Origin: an uncultured Rivularia sp.
GTDB lineage: Bacteria > Cyanobacteriota > Cyanobacteriia > Cyanobacteriales > Nostocaceae
Reading direction: 5' to 3'
Assembly: GCA_963665115.1 (NCBI GenBank)
Contig: OY762007.1
Location: 3,264,001-3,328,000 of the forward strand
Length of the DNA: 64,000 nucleotides
The notes below the pieces were generated by a model. It saw only the letters and a list, made by a program, of their open reading frames with translations, did no database searches and had not been told where the DNA came from. Shown here piece after piece: positions 1-10,475 of the stretch. Numbering within the stretch: the stretch's first letter is position 1; each line of letters begins with the position of its first letter. The translations under genes and the position numbers were made by a program.

Positions 1-1751
1 GCTTTATCAAACCCTGGATTTAGATAGAGATAAAGTTATTTGGGATGTAGGACACCAAGCATATCCCCATAAATTGATTACTGGACGTTACAGTCATTTC
101 CACACCTTACGACAAAAAGATGGAGTCGCAGGCTATCTCAAACGCTGCGAAAATAAATTTGACCATTTTGGTGCGGGACACGCTTCCACCAGTATTTCGG
201 CGGGGCTTGGAATGGCGATCGCCCGAGATCGAAAGGGAGAAAATTTTAAAGTTGCTGCTATTATCGGCGATGGAGCGTTGACTGGTGGTATGGCTTTAGA
301 AGCTATCAACCATGCCGGACATTTGCCTAATACTAATTTATTAGTTGTCCTCAACGACAACGAAATGTCAATATCTCCTAATGTCGGCGCAATCCCCCGC
401 TATTTGAATAAAATGCGGTTGTCTCCACCGATGCAGTTTATCAAAGATAATTTTGAGGAACAAGTTAAGCAGCTTCCTTTTGTTGGCGGGGATTCGATAC
501 CACCTGAACTCGAACGCATCAAAGAAGGAATGAAGCGATTAGCGGTTCCCAAGGTAGGTGCGGTGTTTGAAGAACTCGGCTTTACCTATATGGGACCAGT
601 TGATGGTCACAATTTAGAAGATTTGATTGCTACTTTTAAGCAAGCACATAAAATACCTGGCCCCGTTTTAGTTCATGTAGCGACAATCAAAGGCAAGGGT
701 TACGATCTTGCCGAAAAAGATAAAGTAGGCTATCACGCCCAAAGTCCGTTTAATTTAACAACTGGTAAAGCAGTTCCTTCTAGCAAGCCCAAACCGCCGA
801 AGTACTCGAAAGTTTTTGCTGATACTTTAGTAAATCTTGCCGAGCAAAATCCGAAAATTATCGGTATTACGGCTGCAATGGCTACGGGAACTTGTTTGGA
901 TAAGCTACAAGCTAAATTACCCGATCAATATATAGACGTAGGAATTGCCGAACAACACGCAGTTACCCTCGCGGCTGGATTGGCTACTCAAGGAATGCGT
1001 CCTGTTGCCGATATTTATTCTACATTTTTGCAACGCGGTTACGACCAAATAGTTCACGACGTTTGCATCCAGAACTTACCCGTATTCTTCTGTCTAGATA
1101 GAGCGGGAATTGTCGGTGATGACGGCCCCGACTCACCAGGGAATGTACGATATTGCTTATATGCGCTGCATTCCGAATATGGTAATGATGGCACCCAAAG
1201 ATGAAGCCGAACTTCAGCGAATGACAGTAACGGGTGTTAACCATACCAAAGGACCGATTTCCATGCGTTTTCCTCGCGGTAACGGTTATGGTGTCCCCTT
1301 GATGGAAGAAGGTTGGGAACCTTTAGAAATTGGTAAAGGCGAAATTCTTCGTAGTGGCGATGACGTATTAATGATCGGCTACGGTTCGATGGTGAATTCG
1401 ACGCTACAAGCAGCGGAAATTCTCAGCGAACACGGCGTTGAAGCTACCGTAATTAATGCTCGTTTCTGTAAACCTTTGGATACGGAACTAATGTTCCCCT
1501 TAGCCAAACAAATAGGGAAAGTAGTCACCTTAGAAGAAGGTTGTCTAATGGGCGGTTTTGGTTCCGCAGTTGCAGAAGCGCTACTAGATGCCGATATTTT
1601 GGTACCCATTAAGCGTTTTGGAGTACCAGATATTTTGGTAGATCATGCAAAACCCGATCAAAGCAAAGCAGAATTAGGTTTAACCAGTCCCCAAATTGCT
1701 CAGAGAATTTTAAAGATTTTCTTCAGCAATCAGCCATCTGCTGTAGTTTAA
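1..1751 (+). CDS. dxs: 1-deoxy-D-xylulose-5-phosphate synthase (5'-truncated by window edge; +1 frameshift at C-run 1126-1129, probably sequencing error)
   Basis: [25 protein letters not shown] motif, [17 protein letters not shown]; removing one C at 1126-1129 restores [10 protein letters not shown] and joins ORFs 74-1204 and 1110-1751. Confidence 0.97.
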
Positions 1752-1868
1752 TTACAATTGATTGCTAAGAGATAAATTAGGGAGTAGGGAGTAGAGAGTT
1801 AAGAATTTTTACCTATTCTCCCCCCTCTTCCCCCTCTCTTAGAAATTAACTTCCAAAATCAAGGTAAG

Positions 1869-2930
1869 ATGTTGCAAAAAAATCCCGTATATCCTGTAAT
1901 TTGGCATAATAATTCAGTTTCTTTAATTGACCAAACTCGTTTACCTGCGGAATATTCCTATGTAGAAATTCACCGTAGTGAAGATATGGCAGAGGCTATC
2001 AAAACTATGATTGTGCGTGGTGCCCCTGCAATTGGCGTTGCTGCTGCATACGGTATGTATATGGGAGCGCGGGAAATTGAAACTCATGGCGATCGCCATG
2101 AGTTTTTAAAACGTTTGGAGCAAGTTGCACAAATGTTGCGCGAAACTCGTCCTACAGCGGTTAACTTGTTTTGGGCAATTTCGCGTATGCTCAAAACCGC
2201 TTATGAAACAATAGGCACTATAGATGAAATCAAAAATACTCTTTTAGAAACCGCTCAAGATATAAATAGGGAAGATTTACAAACTTGCCACAAAATTGGT
2301 GACAATGGTTTGAAAGCATTACCAGAAACACCAGAAAAATTGACTTTGTTAACTCACTGTAATGCTGGTGCGCTAGCGACTGCGGGTTATGGCACTGCTT
2401 TGGGTATAGTACGTTCGGCTTGGCGAGAAGGACGTTTAGAAAAACTTTATGCTAATGAAACTCGTCCTAGATTTCAGGGCGCTAAATTAACAACTTGGGA
2501 ATGCGTACAAGAAGGTATTCCGGTAACTTTGATTACCGATAGTATGGCAGCGCACTGCATGAAACAAAATCTAATTCATGCTGTTGTTGTTGGTGCTGAC
2601 AGAATTGCCGCGAATGGTGATGCTGCAAATAAAATTGGTACCTATAGTTTGGCGCTGATTGCAAAAGCTCATAATGTACCTTTCTTTGTCGCTGCACCTC
2701 TTTCAACAGTTGATTTCTCTGTTGCCGATGGCAATCAAATTCCTATTGAAGAACGCAATTCAGCAGAAATTTATCAAATAGAAGAAACCATTCTGACTCC
2801 AGAAGGCGTTGATTATTATAATCCGGCTTTTGATGTAACTCCAGCAGAATTAATCGCAGCAATTATTACGGAAGAAGGTGTATTTGCACCTGCCGATTTA
2901 AAGAAATATCAAAATAAGCAAATAGCTTAG
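1869..2930 (+). CDS. mtnA: S-methyl-5-thioribose-1-phosphate isomerase
   Basis: [52 protein letters not shown] motifs. Confidence 0.96.
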   Translation: MLQKNPVYPVIWHNNSVSLIDQTRLPAEYSYVEIHRSEDMAEAIKTMIVRGAPAIGVAAAYGMYMGAREIETHGDRHEFLKRLEQVAQMLRETRPTAVNLFWAISRMLKTAYETIGTIDEIKNTLLETAQDINREDLQTCHKIGDNGLKALPETPEKLTLLTHCNAGALATAGYGTALGIVRSAWREGRLEKLYANETRPRFQGAKLTTWECVQEGIPVTLITDSMAAHCMKQNLIHAVVVGADRIAANGDAANKIGTYSLALIAKAHNVPFFVAAPLSTVDFSVADGNQIPIEERNSAEIYQIEETILTPEGVDYYNPAFDVTPAELIAAIITEEGVFAPADLKKYQNKQIA

Positions 2931-3134
2931 TTATTGATTTGGGTTTGAAAGGCATCTACCTTATGTTTTTAATTACGTTATTTTCTAAAATTACCTATTT
3001 CTCTTTATTTCTTCCGTTTACATTAAGCATCGGTTTTTTTATCAGTAATCTTTGATCGTTATAGTTAAAGCTCCCTGCAAGTGAAGAAAGAAAATATTAG
3101 ACTGTAAAATAAAAGTGTAATATTAGGTAGAAAA

Positions 3135-3323
3135 ATGACAGTTAAAGAACAAATTATTCAAGAATTAGAACAGATACCAGAAACAACGCAGAAAAAAGTG
3201 CTTGAGTATCTACGTCATTTGAAAACTGAAGAAAAACAGCACTCGGAGAACAAAGTTTGGCAAGCTTATTTAGAATCTGAACGTGAAAGAGAGGAGGTTT
3301 ACCGTCGTCTTGCTGACTCCTAA
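3135..3323 (+). CDS. small putative antitoxin (DUF2281-like) partner of Doc toxin
   Basis: 62 aa, EQIIQELEQIPE..KKVLEYLRHLK N-terminus, overlaps downstream Fic/Doc gene. Confidence 0.7.
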   Translation: MTVKEQIIQELEQIPETTQKKVLEYLRHLKTEEKQHSENKVWQAYLESEREREEVYRRLADS

Positions 3324-3705
3324 TTTTTTAAGCAAAAGTTTAGTATTAAAAATTCATCATAGACAAGTAGAAAAATTTGGCGGCACTTCTGGGGTTAGAG
3401 ACGAAGGTTTATTAGAGTCTGCTCTAGCACAACCACAAGCAACATTTTTCGGAGAGTATTTACACCCAACAATTTATGAACAAGCCGCTGCTTATCTATA
3501 CCATATTGCCAAAAATCATCCTTTTATTGACGGAAATAAGCGAACTGCTTTTGCGGTGATGGATACTTTTTTAAGGGTGAATGGCTATATTTTAAATACG
3601 GATAACGAAGAAACTTATATTTTAGTGTTAAAAGTCGCTGAAGGAAGTATAGATAAAAAAGGAATTGCCCAATCTCTTGAGCAAAATCTAGTTAAAGAAA
3701 TATGA
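3310..3705 (+). CDS. Fic/Doc (death-on-curing) family toxin
   Basis: GGTSGVRDEGLLESALAQP and HPFIDGNKRTA Doc motif; TTG at 3310 taken as likely start (track start 3283). Confidence 0.9.
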   Translation: MLTPNFLSKSLVLKIHHRQVEKFGGTSGVRDEGLLESALAQPQATFFGEYLHPTIYEQAAAYLYHIAKNHPFIDGNKRTAFAVMDTFLRVNGYILNTDNEETYILVLKVAEGSIDKKGIAQSLEQNLVKEI

Positions 3706-3776
3706 TATGTAAAAATATCAAAATCTTATCTTTAAATTCCTAATTAAAACTCTGTTTTTGTAAATTTAAGCTTGAT

Positions 3777-4286
3777 TTAAAGCAATTTGTAAACTATAGC
3801 TCCTGAGTCAGGAAGATTAGTTATTTCTATCAATTCGTCTTGACACATTTTCTGTAGCGTCTGCTTAACCTGTGCAGTTTCTTTACCAGTTGCAAGAATA
3901 CAATCTGAAAGAGATATCATACCTCCATTCTTCTTTACTGCTTGCAAAATCTTTATAGTATCTGAGGCTTTACTGTTATTAGCAGTTTTATATACATGAC
4001 TATTGCGGCCATCAACATTTATGGTAACTTGGGGATTACCGTTAATATTGATATTTTGATAACCGTATAGCGCCTGATATTTTAAATTTTCTTCATCCAC
4101 CATATTTGGAATGGTAAATAAATCGATGAATTGTCCTATGCCAAAAAATCCCAAAGTGAAAAGATAGATAAAGCCGCTAATATACCTTTTGCAATAAAAC
4201 CGTTGAGCGCCGCATATACTAAAAGCACATAAAAACCATAAAATATATGCCAACTCTTTACTTTTCATATTACTTTTCATATTCAA
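3777..4286 (-). CDS. TM2 (NINE) domain membrane protein with possible C-terminal winged-helix-like tail
   Basis: KSKELAYILW..GAQRFY..IYLFTLGFFGIGQFIDLFTIP TM2 pattern. Confidence 0.8.
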   Translation of the reverse strand: MNMKSNMKSKELAYILWFLCAFSICGAQRFYCKRYISGFIYLFTLGFFGIGQFIDLFTIPNMVDEENLKYQALYGYQNININGNPQVTINVDGRNSHVYKTANNSKASDTIKILQAVKKNGGMISLSDCILATGKETAQVKQTLQKMCQDELIEITNLPDSGAIVYKLL

Positions 4287-4549
4287 AATACCGATAGATG
4301 TTATATGCTATTTTTACTTAAGTTCGATCGGTATATGCTTGAGTGTTTCCCCTTAAATTTAGCTGTATCAGTAGGTTCTACAGCATTTAAATGATTATTA
4401 AAGAGTTCTTCAATAATGCTTTATTAAAATAAAATCAATTATTAACCATTTAACCGAACAAAATTTTTATTAATCTCTTCTATTCCCTGTTTCCTTTCTC
4501 AAGAAGTTAATTAATCAATTAAACCGGATTTTTATAGGATTGACTAGCA

Positions 4550-5803
4550 ATGTTATCAGTAAGCGAAGCAGAAAATGTCATCTTTAATTTAGTTAAACCT
4601 TTAAATAATCAAACAGATATAGAAAGTGTCGATCTATTAACAGCCAACGGACGCATTTTAGCTTCACCAGTTACCAGTAAACTCGATTTTCCTCACTGGG
4701 ATAACTCGGCAATGGATGGTTATGCTGTAATTTATCAAGATGTTCGAGAAGCTAGTGAGAAAAAGCCTGCGGCTTTAAAACTTGTTGAGGATATCCCCGC
4801 AGGCTATCAACCTCAATCTAACATTCAATCGGGACAAGCAGCGCGGATTTTTACAGGTGCGGTAATGCCAAAAGGTGCCGATACGGTAGTTATGCAGGAA
4901 AATACCCGTCGCGAAGATAATCAAGTATTTATCCTCAAAGCACCAGAATTCCAAGAGTTTGTCAGACATCGTGCTGCTTATTACAAAGCCGGAGCAGAAC
5001 TATTATTATCAGGAATTCAGCTTAACGCAACCGAAATAGCTGTTTTAGCTGCCGCACAATGTACTAAATTAAATGTTTATCGTCGCGTTAAAGTAGCGAT
5101 TTTATCTACAGGCAACGAACTGGTAACACCCAACGATAATCTACAACCAGGACAAATTGTAGATTCAAATCAGTACGCTTTAGCCGCTTTAGTAAAACAA
5201 TCTGGTGGTGAAGCTTTGATGTTGGGAATCATTAAAGATGAACCCGAAGCACTCAAACAAGCGATTTCCAAGGCGATCGCCAATGCTGATATAGTGCTTT
5301 CATCTGGCGGTGTCTCGGTGGGAGATTACGATTATGTTGAAAAGATTCTAGAATCTCTGGGAGGAGAAATCAAAGTACGTGCTGTAGCAATGAAACCTGG
5401 CAAACCTCTTACCGTTGCTACTTTCAATATTCCCAATGCCCAATCCCCAATCCCCCATTCCCCAATATATTTTGGTTTACCGGGGAATCCAGTTTCAGCT
5501 TTAGTCAGTTATTGGCGTTTTGTGCAACCAGTGATCAAAAAATGTTCCAGCATTGCGGAAGGTTGGCAACCCAAATTTATCAAAGCCCAAACTCGCGATA
5601 ATTTAGGCTCCAACGGTAAACGCGAAACTTACATTTGGGGAAAGTTGGATTTAGTTGATGGGGTTTATCAATTTAGTGCTGCTGCTGGTAGTAAAAGTTC
5701 TGGTAATTTGATTAATTTAGCTCAAACCAATGCTTTAGCTGTTTTAGAAGTTGGGAAATCATCGGTTAGCGCTGGGGAAGAGGTTTGGGTTTTGCAAGTG
5801 TGA
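4550..5803 (+). CDS. moeA: molybdopterin molybdotransferase
   Basis: NSAMDGYAV, RIFTGA.MPKGADTVVMQE, STGNEL, SSGGVSVGDYD, KPGKP, GLPGNPVS. Confidence 0.95.
   Translation: MLSVSEAENVIFNLVKPLNNQTDIESVDLLTANGRILASPVTSKLDFPHWDNSAMDGYAVIYQDVREASEKKPAALKLVEDIPAGYQPQSNIQSGQAARIFTGAVMPKGADTVVMQENTRREDNQVFILKAPEFQEFVRHRAAYYKAGAELLLSGIQLNATEIAVLAAAQCTKLNVYRRVKVAILSTGNELVTPNDNLQPGQIVDSNQYALAALVKQSGGEALMLGIIKDEPEALKQAISKAIANADIVLSSGGVSVGDYDYVEKILESLGGEIKVRAVAMKPGKPLTVATFNIPNAQSPIPHSPIYFGLPGNPVSALVSYWRFVQPVIKKCSSIAEGWQPKFIKAQTRDNLGSNGKRETYIWGKLDLVDGVYQFSAAAGSKSSGNLINLAQTNALAVLEVGKSSVSAGEEVWVLQV
5431..5466 (+). repeat. STRR-type heptamer array (CCCCAAT variants, about 5 units) inside moeA
   Basis: tcccaat gcccaat ccccaat cccccat tccccaat; 36 bp, frame preserved, encodes PNAQSPIPHSP. 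Confidence 0.8.
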
Positions 5804-5917
5804 TTGTTTTTTAAGAGGTAGTATTCTACATTTAGAAACGGCAATTATTGACCTTAAGAAGCTATTAATAAGGAGTCAAATGCTTCCACTACGAGAATTT
5901 TTTCTCATACACAATTG

Positions 5918-6553
5918 TTAAGATACACAGATCAGATTTTTTCCACCAAATAATTCGTTTAACCAACCACAAAATCTCAAATTTTCTGGCAATTTTCGTA
6001 TATCTATTTGCTGAAAGCCAACATTTACATAAAATTTGTCTTCTTCTTTAGTGCAAGCTATATATACAGGTTGAACTGCTTTACTAATAACGTGTTGAAT
6101 CAAAAAATAAGTTAATTCTTTTTTTAAGCGTTCGGGGACGTATACGTGGTTCAGTATAGAATATTCAGCTTTTTTCAAAAATCGTACATACCCGATTACT
6201 TGATTGCCATATTCGAGCAATATAAACTGTGAATAATTTTGTAATCCAAAATATCTATAACGCTCAAATATACGCAATGGAATTTTTATAAATCCATAGG
6301 AAATTAAACCGAAAAAAGCAATATTAATAAGTAAATCTAGATATGAATTAAAAACAATTAATCTATTTGATTCGTAATTTAATATTAAATGAAATACAAG
6401 AATAATAAACATAAATTTTATTAAAATATATGACCACTTAAAATTTAAACCAAATGGTAGAAAGTAATCTCTTGTTTTATTTAATGAATGCAAGTTAGCA
6501 ATATCATTAATATCTTTTTTCTCTGCATAACGAACAGAATAATCCGAAAACAT
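5918..6553 (-). CDS. GNAT-like protein with two inserted transmembrane segments
   Basis: N-terminal VRYAEKKDI, two hydrophobic stretches, C-terminal VIGYVRF..LNHVYVPE..KFYVNVGF GNAT-like core. Confidence 0.6.
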   Translation of the reverse strand: MFSDYSVRYAEKKDINDIANLHSLNKTRDYFLPFGLNFKWSYILIKFMFIILVFHLILNYESNRLIVFNSYLDLLINIAFFGLISYGFIKIPLRIFERYRYFGLQNYSQFILLEYGNQVIGYVRFLKKAEYSILNHVYVPERLKKELTYFLIQHVISKAVQPVYIACTKEEDKFYVNVGFQQIDIRKLPENLRFCGWLNELFGGKNLICVS

Positions 6554-6742
6554 AAATACTACTTACTCAAAGAATCAACACTTTCTTTTATCTTTCCCTT
6601 CTTTTGTCAATTCTTTATCAATTAAGCAGCACCTGCTTCGTCAAAAACATAGAATAATTGATTAGACAAACATTTAAGATATTCCGCACCCTTATGACAA
6701 AATCTAAAAAAAATATAAAATATTGTTATTATCCCCTGACTT

Positions 6743-6768
6743 TAGAATAAAAGTGTTACAGTAAATAC
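6743..6768 (+). promoter_or_regulatory. -10 box TAGAAT followed by NtcA-like site GTT-N8-TAC overlapping the predicted TSS (repressor position)
   Basis: TAGAAT 6743-6748; GTTACAGTAAATAC 6755-6768, one mismatch to GTA-N8-TAC; directly upstream of a glutamine riboswitch. Confidence 0.65.
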
Positions 6769-6781
6769 AGAAATAAAATAA

Positions 6782-6866
6782 TTCGTTCACCTTTGTTTGC
6801 AGTTAACAGTAAATCGTTAGTTAACTGCGATTAGAAGACGGAAGTAGGAATAGCCGAAGGAACGCG
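6782..6866 (+). ncRNA. glutamine riboswitch type I (glnA RNA motif)
   Basis: P1 CGTTC(6784-88)/GAACG(6860-64), conserved GACGGAAGTAGG..GCCGAAGGAACGC core, P2 GCAGTTAAC/GTTAACTGC; upstream of a DUF4278 gene. Confidence 0.9.
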
Positions 6867-6912
6867 CCTCACTTTGTTTAACGTTTGAGATATAAAGAGG
6901 CAAGGAAAAATT

Positions 6913-7320
6913 ATGAAACTTACTTATCGCGGAATTAAATACGAACACGCTCCTGAAGCGGTTGAAGTAACTACTCAAGGAGTCTGTGGAAAATATCGGG
7001 GTGCTGAATGGAAATGTCATTACCCAAAATATACTCCTGTAACTCACCATGCGGCTGAGTTAAAGTATCGGGGTGCTAGTTATTATTCTGGCAATCCTCA
7101 AGAAGTAGAAGAATTGAAGCAGCGTAAAAAGTTAGATTTTATATTTGCTAAAAACAACCAAATATTTACTAGCAATCGACGAAACAATAATGAATTAGCT
7201 AAAATTCATCTCGCAAATTTACAGCATAACCTCCAACGTCGTTTAGAGGTTGCAAAGCAAAGAGGAGATGAAAAATTAATTCGTCAATTAGAAGAGGAAG
7301 CGAATAAGTTATCCAGTTAG
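6913..7320 (+). CDS. DUF4278 domain protein with C-terminal PirA-like helix
   Basis: MKLTYRGIKY..GKYRGA..LKYRGASY DUF4278 repeats; C-terminal HLANLQHNLQRRLEVAKQRGDEKLIRQLEEE resembles PirA/Ssr0692. Confidence 0.85.
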   Translation: MKLTYRGIKYEHAPEAVEVTTQGVCGKYRGAEWKCHYPKYTPVTHHAAELKYRGASYYSGNPQEVEELKQRKKLDFIFAKNNQIFTSNRRNNNELAKIHLANLQHNLQRRLEVAKQRGDEKLIRQLEEEANKLSS

Positions 7321-7396
7321 TAGTTATCAGCGAACAATTATCAATTAATTATTGTTGATTGATACAAAGCAATCTTAAGTTATTGCGTGAGAATTA

Positions 7397-7429
7397 AGAA
7401 ACCCGGTTTTTTAGAAAAACCGGGTTTCT
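7397..7429. repeat. 33-bp palindromic dispersed repeat (AGAAACCCGGTTTTT..AAAAACCGGGTTTCT)
   Basis: near-perfect inverted repeat between convergent genes; second copy at 57929-57961. Confidence 0.85.
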
Positions 7430-7503
7430 ATGAATTTAATACACAAATCTCAACTCAAAATCGTTACATAGCCTACAAATTGAAATTGATAATTGATAAT
7501 TGT

Positions 7504-8149
7504 TCATTGTCTATTAAGCCAAATACCCCTAAGCCCAGCGGAAGAAGCACCTTCATAATCTTCCTTAACGCTATCGCCGATATGCCATGCAGCCTCTGGT
7601 AGACAATTGTGTTTTTCGAGCGCGATCGCAAATATCTTTTGGTTGGGTTTGGCTGCACCCGACTGGGTAGAAATGGTGATGGAACGAAAATAATCTCTTA
7701 ATTCTAAAGCTTGTAAAACCGAGTAAATTCGGGAATCGAAGTTAGATAATATCCCTAATTCGATTCCTTTATTTTGCCAATTTTTTAGCGATTTTAGGAC
7801 ATCGGGATAAACGAAACCAAGGATCTCCTGTGCCAAAGTGGATGTAAACTTCGCTGAAGAAAGCCGAAAAATCATCAAATTTGTGTAAAACACCAGCTTG
7901 CTCAAAGGTGGTTTGAGTTATGCGATGCCACCATGCAAACTCGCGTTGTGGAATATCTTGTTCTTGTACGTTAGGAAAAACTGGCGGTGGTGAAGCTTTA
8001 AAACTTTGAAAAAAGGTTTGATTCAAAGTAGCTGGTGAAGTTTCCACGCCAAATTCTCGGGCAATTTGACTATAAACATCGCCAACACTACCTTTAATAC
8101 CAAAGAGCGTTCCTACTGCATCTAAAAAAATGACTTTCGGCTGTTTCAT
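7504..8149 (-). CDS. HAD-IA family hydrolase (REG-2-like); +1 frameshift at 7814-7816
   Basis: FLDAVGTL motif I, ILSNFDSR motif II, KP..IF, HIGDS..EDY motif IV; deleting one base restores DPWFVYPDV. Confidence 0.88.
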
Positions 8150-8271
8150 CCACCTGTAACTCAGATTTTGGATTTTGGATTTTGTATAGTTAGGAGTGAT
8201 TGAGGTTAAAGGTTAATTTATCCTTGTCTCCCCATCTCCTTGTCCCCTTGTCCCCTAACCCATCTCCCCAT

Positions 8272-9462
8272 CTACGACGAGAGTGTTTCTATAATAGGAC
8301 GAGTTAACCAGTTAAAACCAACTTTTAATTTATGTTCTAAGGTTGGGAGACGGTAAAGATAAGCAGCACGACGAGCGACATATCCAAATGTTCCTTCCAT
8401 TTTCATGCCTAAACCTGTAAGCGTCGCATTGTCAACTCCTAGTGACATAAATTCACCTAAGTGCTGATAGCGGAAGGGAAGTAAAGGACGGTTGGTAAGG
8501 CTTGCCCAAATATTCCAACCAACGTAATCGGCTTGCTGAAAAGCTGCCTGTGCAGTTATCGGTACTTGTTTTCCTTCTGCATCAAAGATTTCTGCTGAAT
8601 CTCCCAAAGCGAAAATATCGGGATTATCTACTACCTGCAAAGTTGATGTGGTGGTAATTTTTCCTTGCTTGTTGTGTTTCAGAGGAAGATTTTCGACTAA
8701 AGGAGTTACCTTTGTTCCCACAGTCCAAATTACCAAATCAACGGGAATTTCATCTACAACACCTTTGTATTCCAAAGAAATATTATCGGCAGCGATTGAT
8801 TCTACTTTGGTTTCCAAGTCAACAAAAACACCTCGTTCATCTAAAGCTTTTTTCGCAGCTTCACGATTAAATTCCGGAGAATTGCGGAGAATTCCATCAG
8901 CCATTTCCACTAAACGGAAACGTCCTCTTTCCCCAAGTCTGTCAGATAATTTGCAGGCTAATTCAACACCACTGTAGCCGCCACCAACAATTGCAACTCG
9001 AATTTTTTCTTTATCGGATTCTTCAAGTATCCGCAATTTTTCTTCTAGAGCGTAAGCATCATCAAGGGTGCGGAAAGCACGAGCATGAGATATAGCTCCA
9101 GGCACCATAGTTAAAGGTGTTTCTCCACCCATAGCTAATACTAAACGGTCGTAAGGAATTTCCGGGCCATTTAGTAACTCTACTCGTTTTTCGTCGGTGA
9201 ATACACCAGACACCGTGCCTTGATAAAAGCGTATGCCAGTATTTTGCAGCAAGTCTTGATAAAGAGGAGCAACTTCCCAACTTTCCATTTCTCCCGTAAG
9301 CAGTTCATATAGAAGGGGAGAAAATAAAAAGCGGTCATTTTTGTCAATCAGAACAATTTCCGGTTTTTGGGACTCTTTCCAATTCAGTTTAACTAAACGC
9401 AAAGCGGTGTAAAGTCCACCAAAGCCACCACCAAGGATGCAAATTCGATTTTGTTCGGTCAT
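8272..9462 (-). CDS. ndbB: type II NADH dehydrogenase family / demethylphylloquinone reductase NdbB-like
   Basis: RICILGGGFGGLYTALRL, IVGGGYSGVELA, IFALGD, AQAAFQQADY.GWNIWA. Confidence 0.8.
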   Translation of the reverse strand: MTEQNRICILGGGFGGLYTALRLVKLNWKESQKPEIVLIDKNDRFLFSPLLYELLTGEMESWEVAPLYQDLLQNTGIRFYQGTVSGVFTDEKRVELLNGPEIPYDRLVLAMGGETPLTMVPGAISHARAFRTLDDAYALEEKLRILEESDKEKIRVAIVGGGYSGVELACKLSDRLGERGRFRLVEMADGILRNSPEFNREAAKKALDERGVFVDLETKVESIAADNISLEYKGVVDEIPVDLVIWTVGTKVTPLVENLPLKHNKQGKITTTSTLQVVDNPDIFALGDSAEIFDAEGKQVPITAQAAFQQADYVGWNIWASLTNRPLLPFRYQHLGEFMSLGVDNATLTGLGMKMEGTFGYVARRAAYLYRLPTLEHKLKVGFNWLTRPIIETLSS

Positions 9463-9554
9463 TGGTTTAATAAATCGGCAAGGTAAGGGAGTACCTTAAG
9501 TGTAATTATTTGTGCGTGGGTTGTGCCTAAATAAAATCTTACAAGTTAAATCTA

Positions 9555-9652
9555 GTAGGTTGAGATGAGGAACCAAACCCAACGTTATTACGATTTAGTT
9601 TAGTTTTGCCTTACGGCACGCTACGCTAACACTTTCTCTCAACCCAACCTAC
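9555..9652. repeat. REP-like element pair (GTAGGTTG...CAACCTAC) with a nested small repeat
   Basis: gtaggttgag..aaacccaac at left, aacccaacctac at right; inner gccttacggcacgctacgctaac. Confidence 0.6.
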
Positions 9653-9682
9653 AAGAGGAATTTCATCATCAACATAAATTTT

Positions 9683-9721
9683 TCAAAAACTAAGCCTCTT
9701 CTCCAACTTCACCCGCATTTT
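9683..9721 (-). repeat. duplicated 3' end of the comA-like gene (direct repeat of 10476-10514)
   Basis: 34/39 identical, last 20 bp identical; encodes KMRVKLEKRLSF* versus KMRVKLEGRVSF*. Confidence 0.85.
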
Positions 9722-9791
9722 ATAACGGCTTTCTTCATTGTCAGAAAATGGCATAAACTGCCATAATAAAGTCAAAGAGTCTGAAAAAGCG

Positions 9792-10064
9792 ATGAAAAGT
9801 ATTAATATTTCCCTACCAGATATGATGCGTGCTTACGTAGAAGAACAGGTTGCGGATGGTTGCTATAGCACCATTAGCGAATATTTCCGCGAGTTAGTGC
9901 GTCAAGATCAAAAACGTAAAGCCAAGGAACATTTAGAGACTTTATTGTTAGAAGGGTTGAATTCTGGAAGTGCAACACCATTAACCGAGCAAGATTGGGA
10001 TGATATTCGTCAAGCGGTGCGTTCAAAAGTTCAAGGGGACAAAGGTTTAAATACCAATGGGTAA
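9792..10064 (+). CDS. ParD-family (RHH) antitoxin
   Basis: MKSINISLPD.MRAYVEEQVADG.YSTISEYFRELVRQDQ..LLLEGLNSG; overlaps toxin start. Confidence 0.88.
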   Translation: MKSINISLPDMMRAYVEEQVADGCYSTISEYFRELVRQDQKRKAKEHLETLLLEGLNSGSATPLTEQDWDDIRQAVRSKVQGDKGLNTNG

Positions 10065-10386
10065 TGTTTATAAGCATCCCCAGGTTATCCGTGACTTAAT
10101 TGATTTGGCGACTTATATTGCTCAGGATAATATGAATTTTTCGGACAAGTTTTTGACTGCTGCTGAAGAAACCTTTAAACAATTAGCTCAAACTCCAAAA
10201 ATGGGGAAAGTGCGTGAATTTGATAATCCGAATTTAGCTGATGTTCGTCAACAACCAATTAAGGGATTTAAAAATTATTTAGTTTTTTATCTGACAAAAG
10301 ATAGTGATGTAGAAATTTTGAGAGTTTTGCACGGTCGGAGAGATATTGATACTATTTTTGATGAAGATTTGGGAGAAGAAAATTAG
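10057..10386 (+). CDS. RelE/ParE family toxin
   Basis: DLIDLATYIA..P.MG..YLVFY..VEILRVLHGRRDI ParE signature. Confidence 0.9.
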   Translation: MGNVYKHPQVIRDLIDLATYIAQDNMNFSDKFLTAAEETFKQLAQTPKMGKVREFDNPNLADVRQQPIKGFKNYLVFYLTKDSDVEILRVLHGRRDIDTIFDEDLGEEN

Positions 10387-10394
10387 TAGTATTG

Positions 10395-10427
10395 TGTTGG
10401 GTTTCGTTATCGCTCTACCCAACCTAC
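10395..10427. repeat. REP-like element (TGTTGGGTTTCG..CTCTACCCAACCTAC)
   Basis: same family as 9555-9652; imperfect hairpin ending in CTAC (GTAG on the minus strand). Confidence 0.65.
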
Positions 10428-10475
10428 AAGGTTAATTCCAACATCAACTCCGCGCACCTCCGCGTTACTCTGCGT

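Noticed and set aside
1110..1204. Programmed frameshifting or phase variation in dxs and the other split genes
   Set aside because: Runs are only 2-4 nt, there is no slippery heptamer, and both +1 and -1 cases occur in unrelated genes; sequencing error is more parsimonious
3135..10386. Defence island or prophage suggested by two TA modules
   Set aside because: The modules are separated by housekeeping genes; no integrase, phage structural or other defence genes
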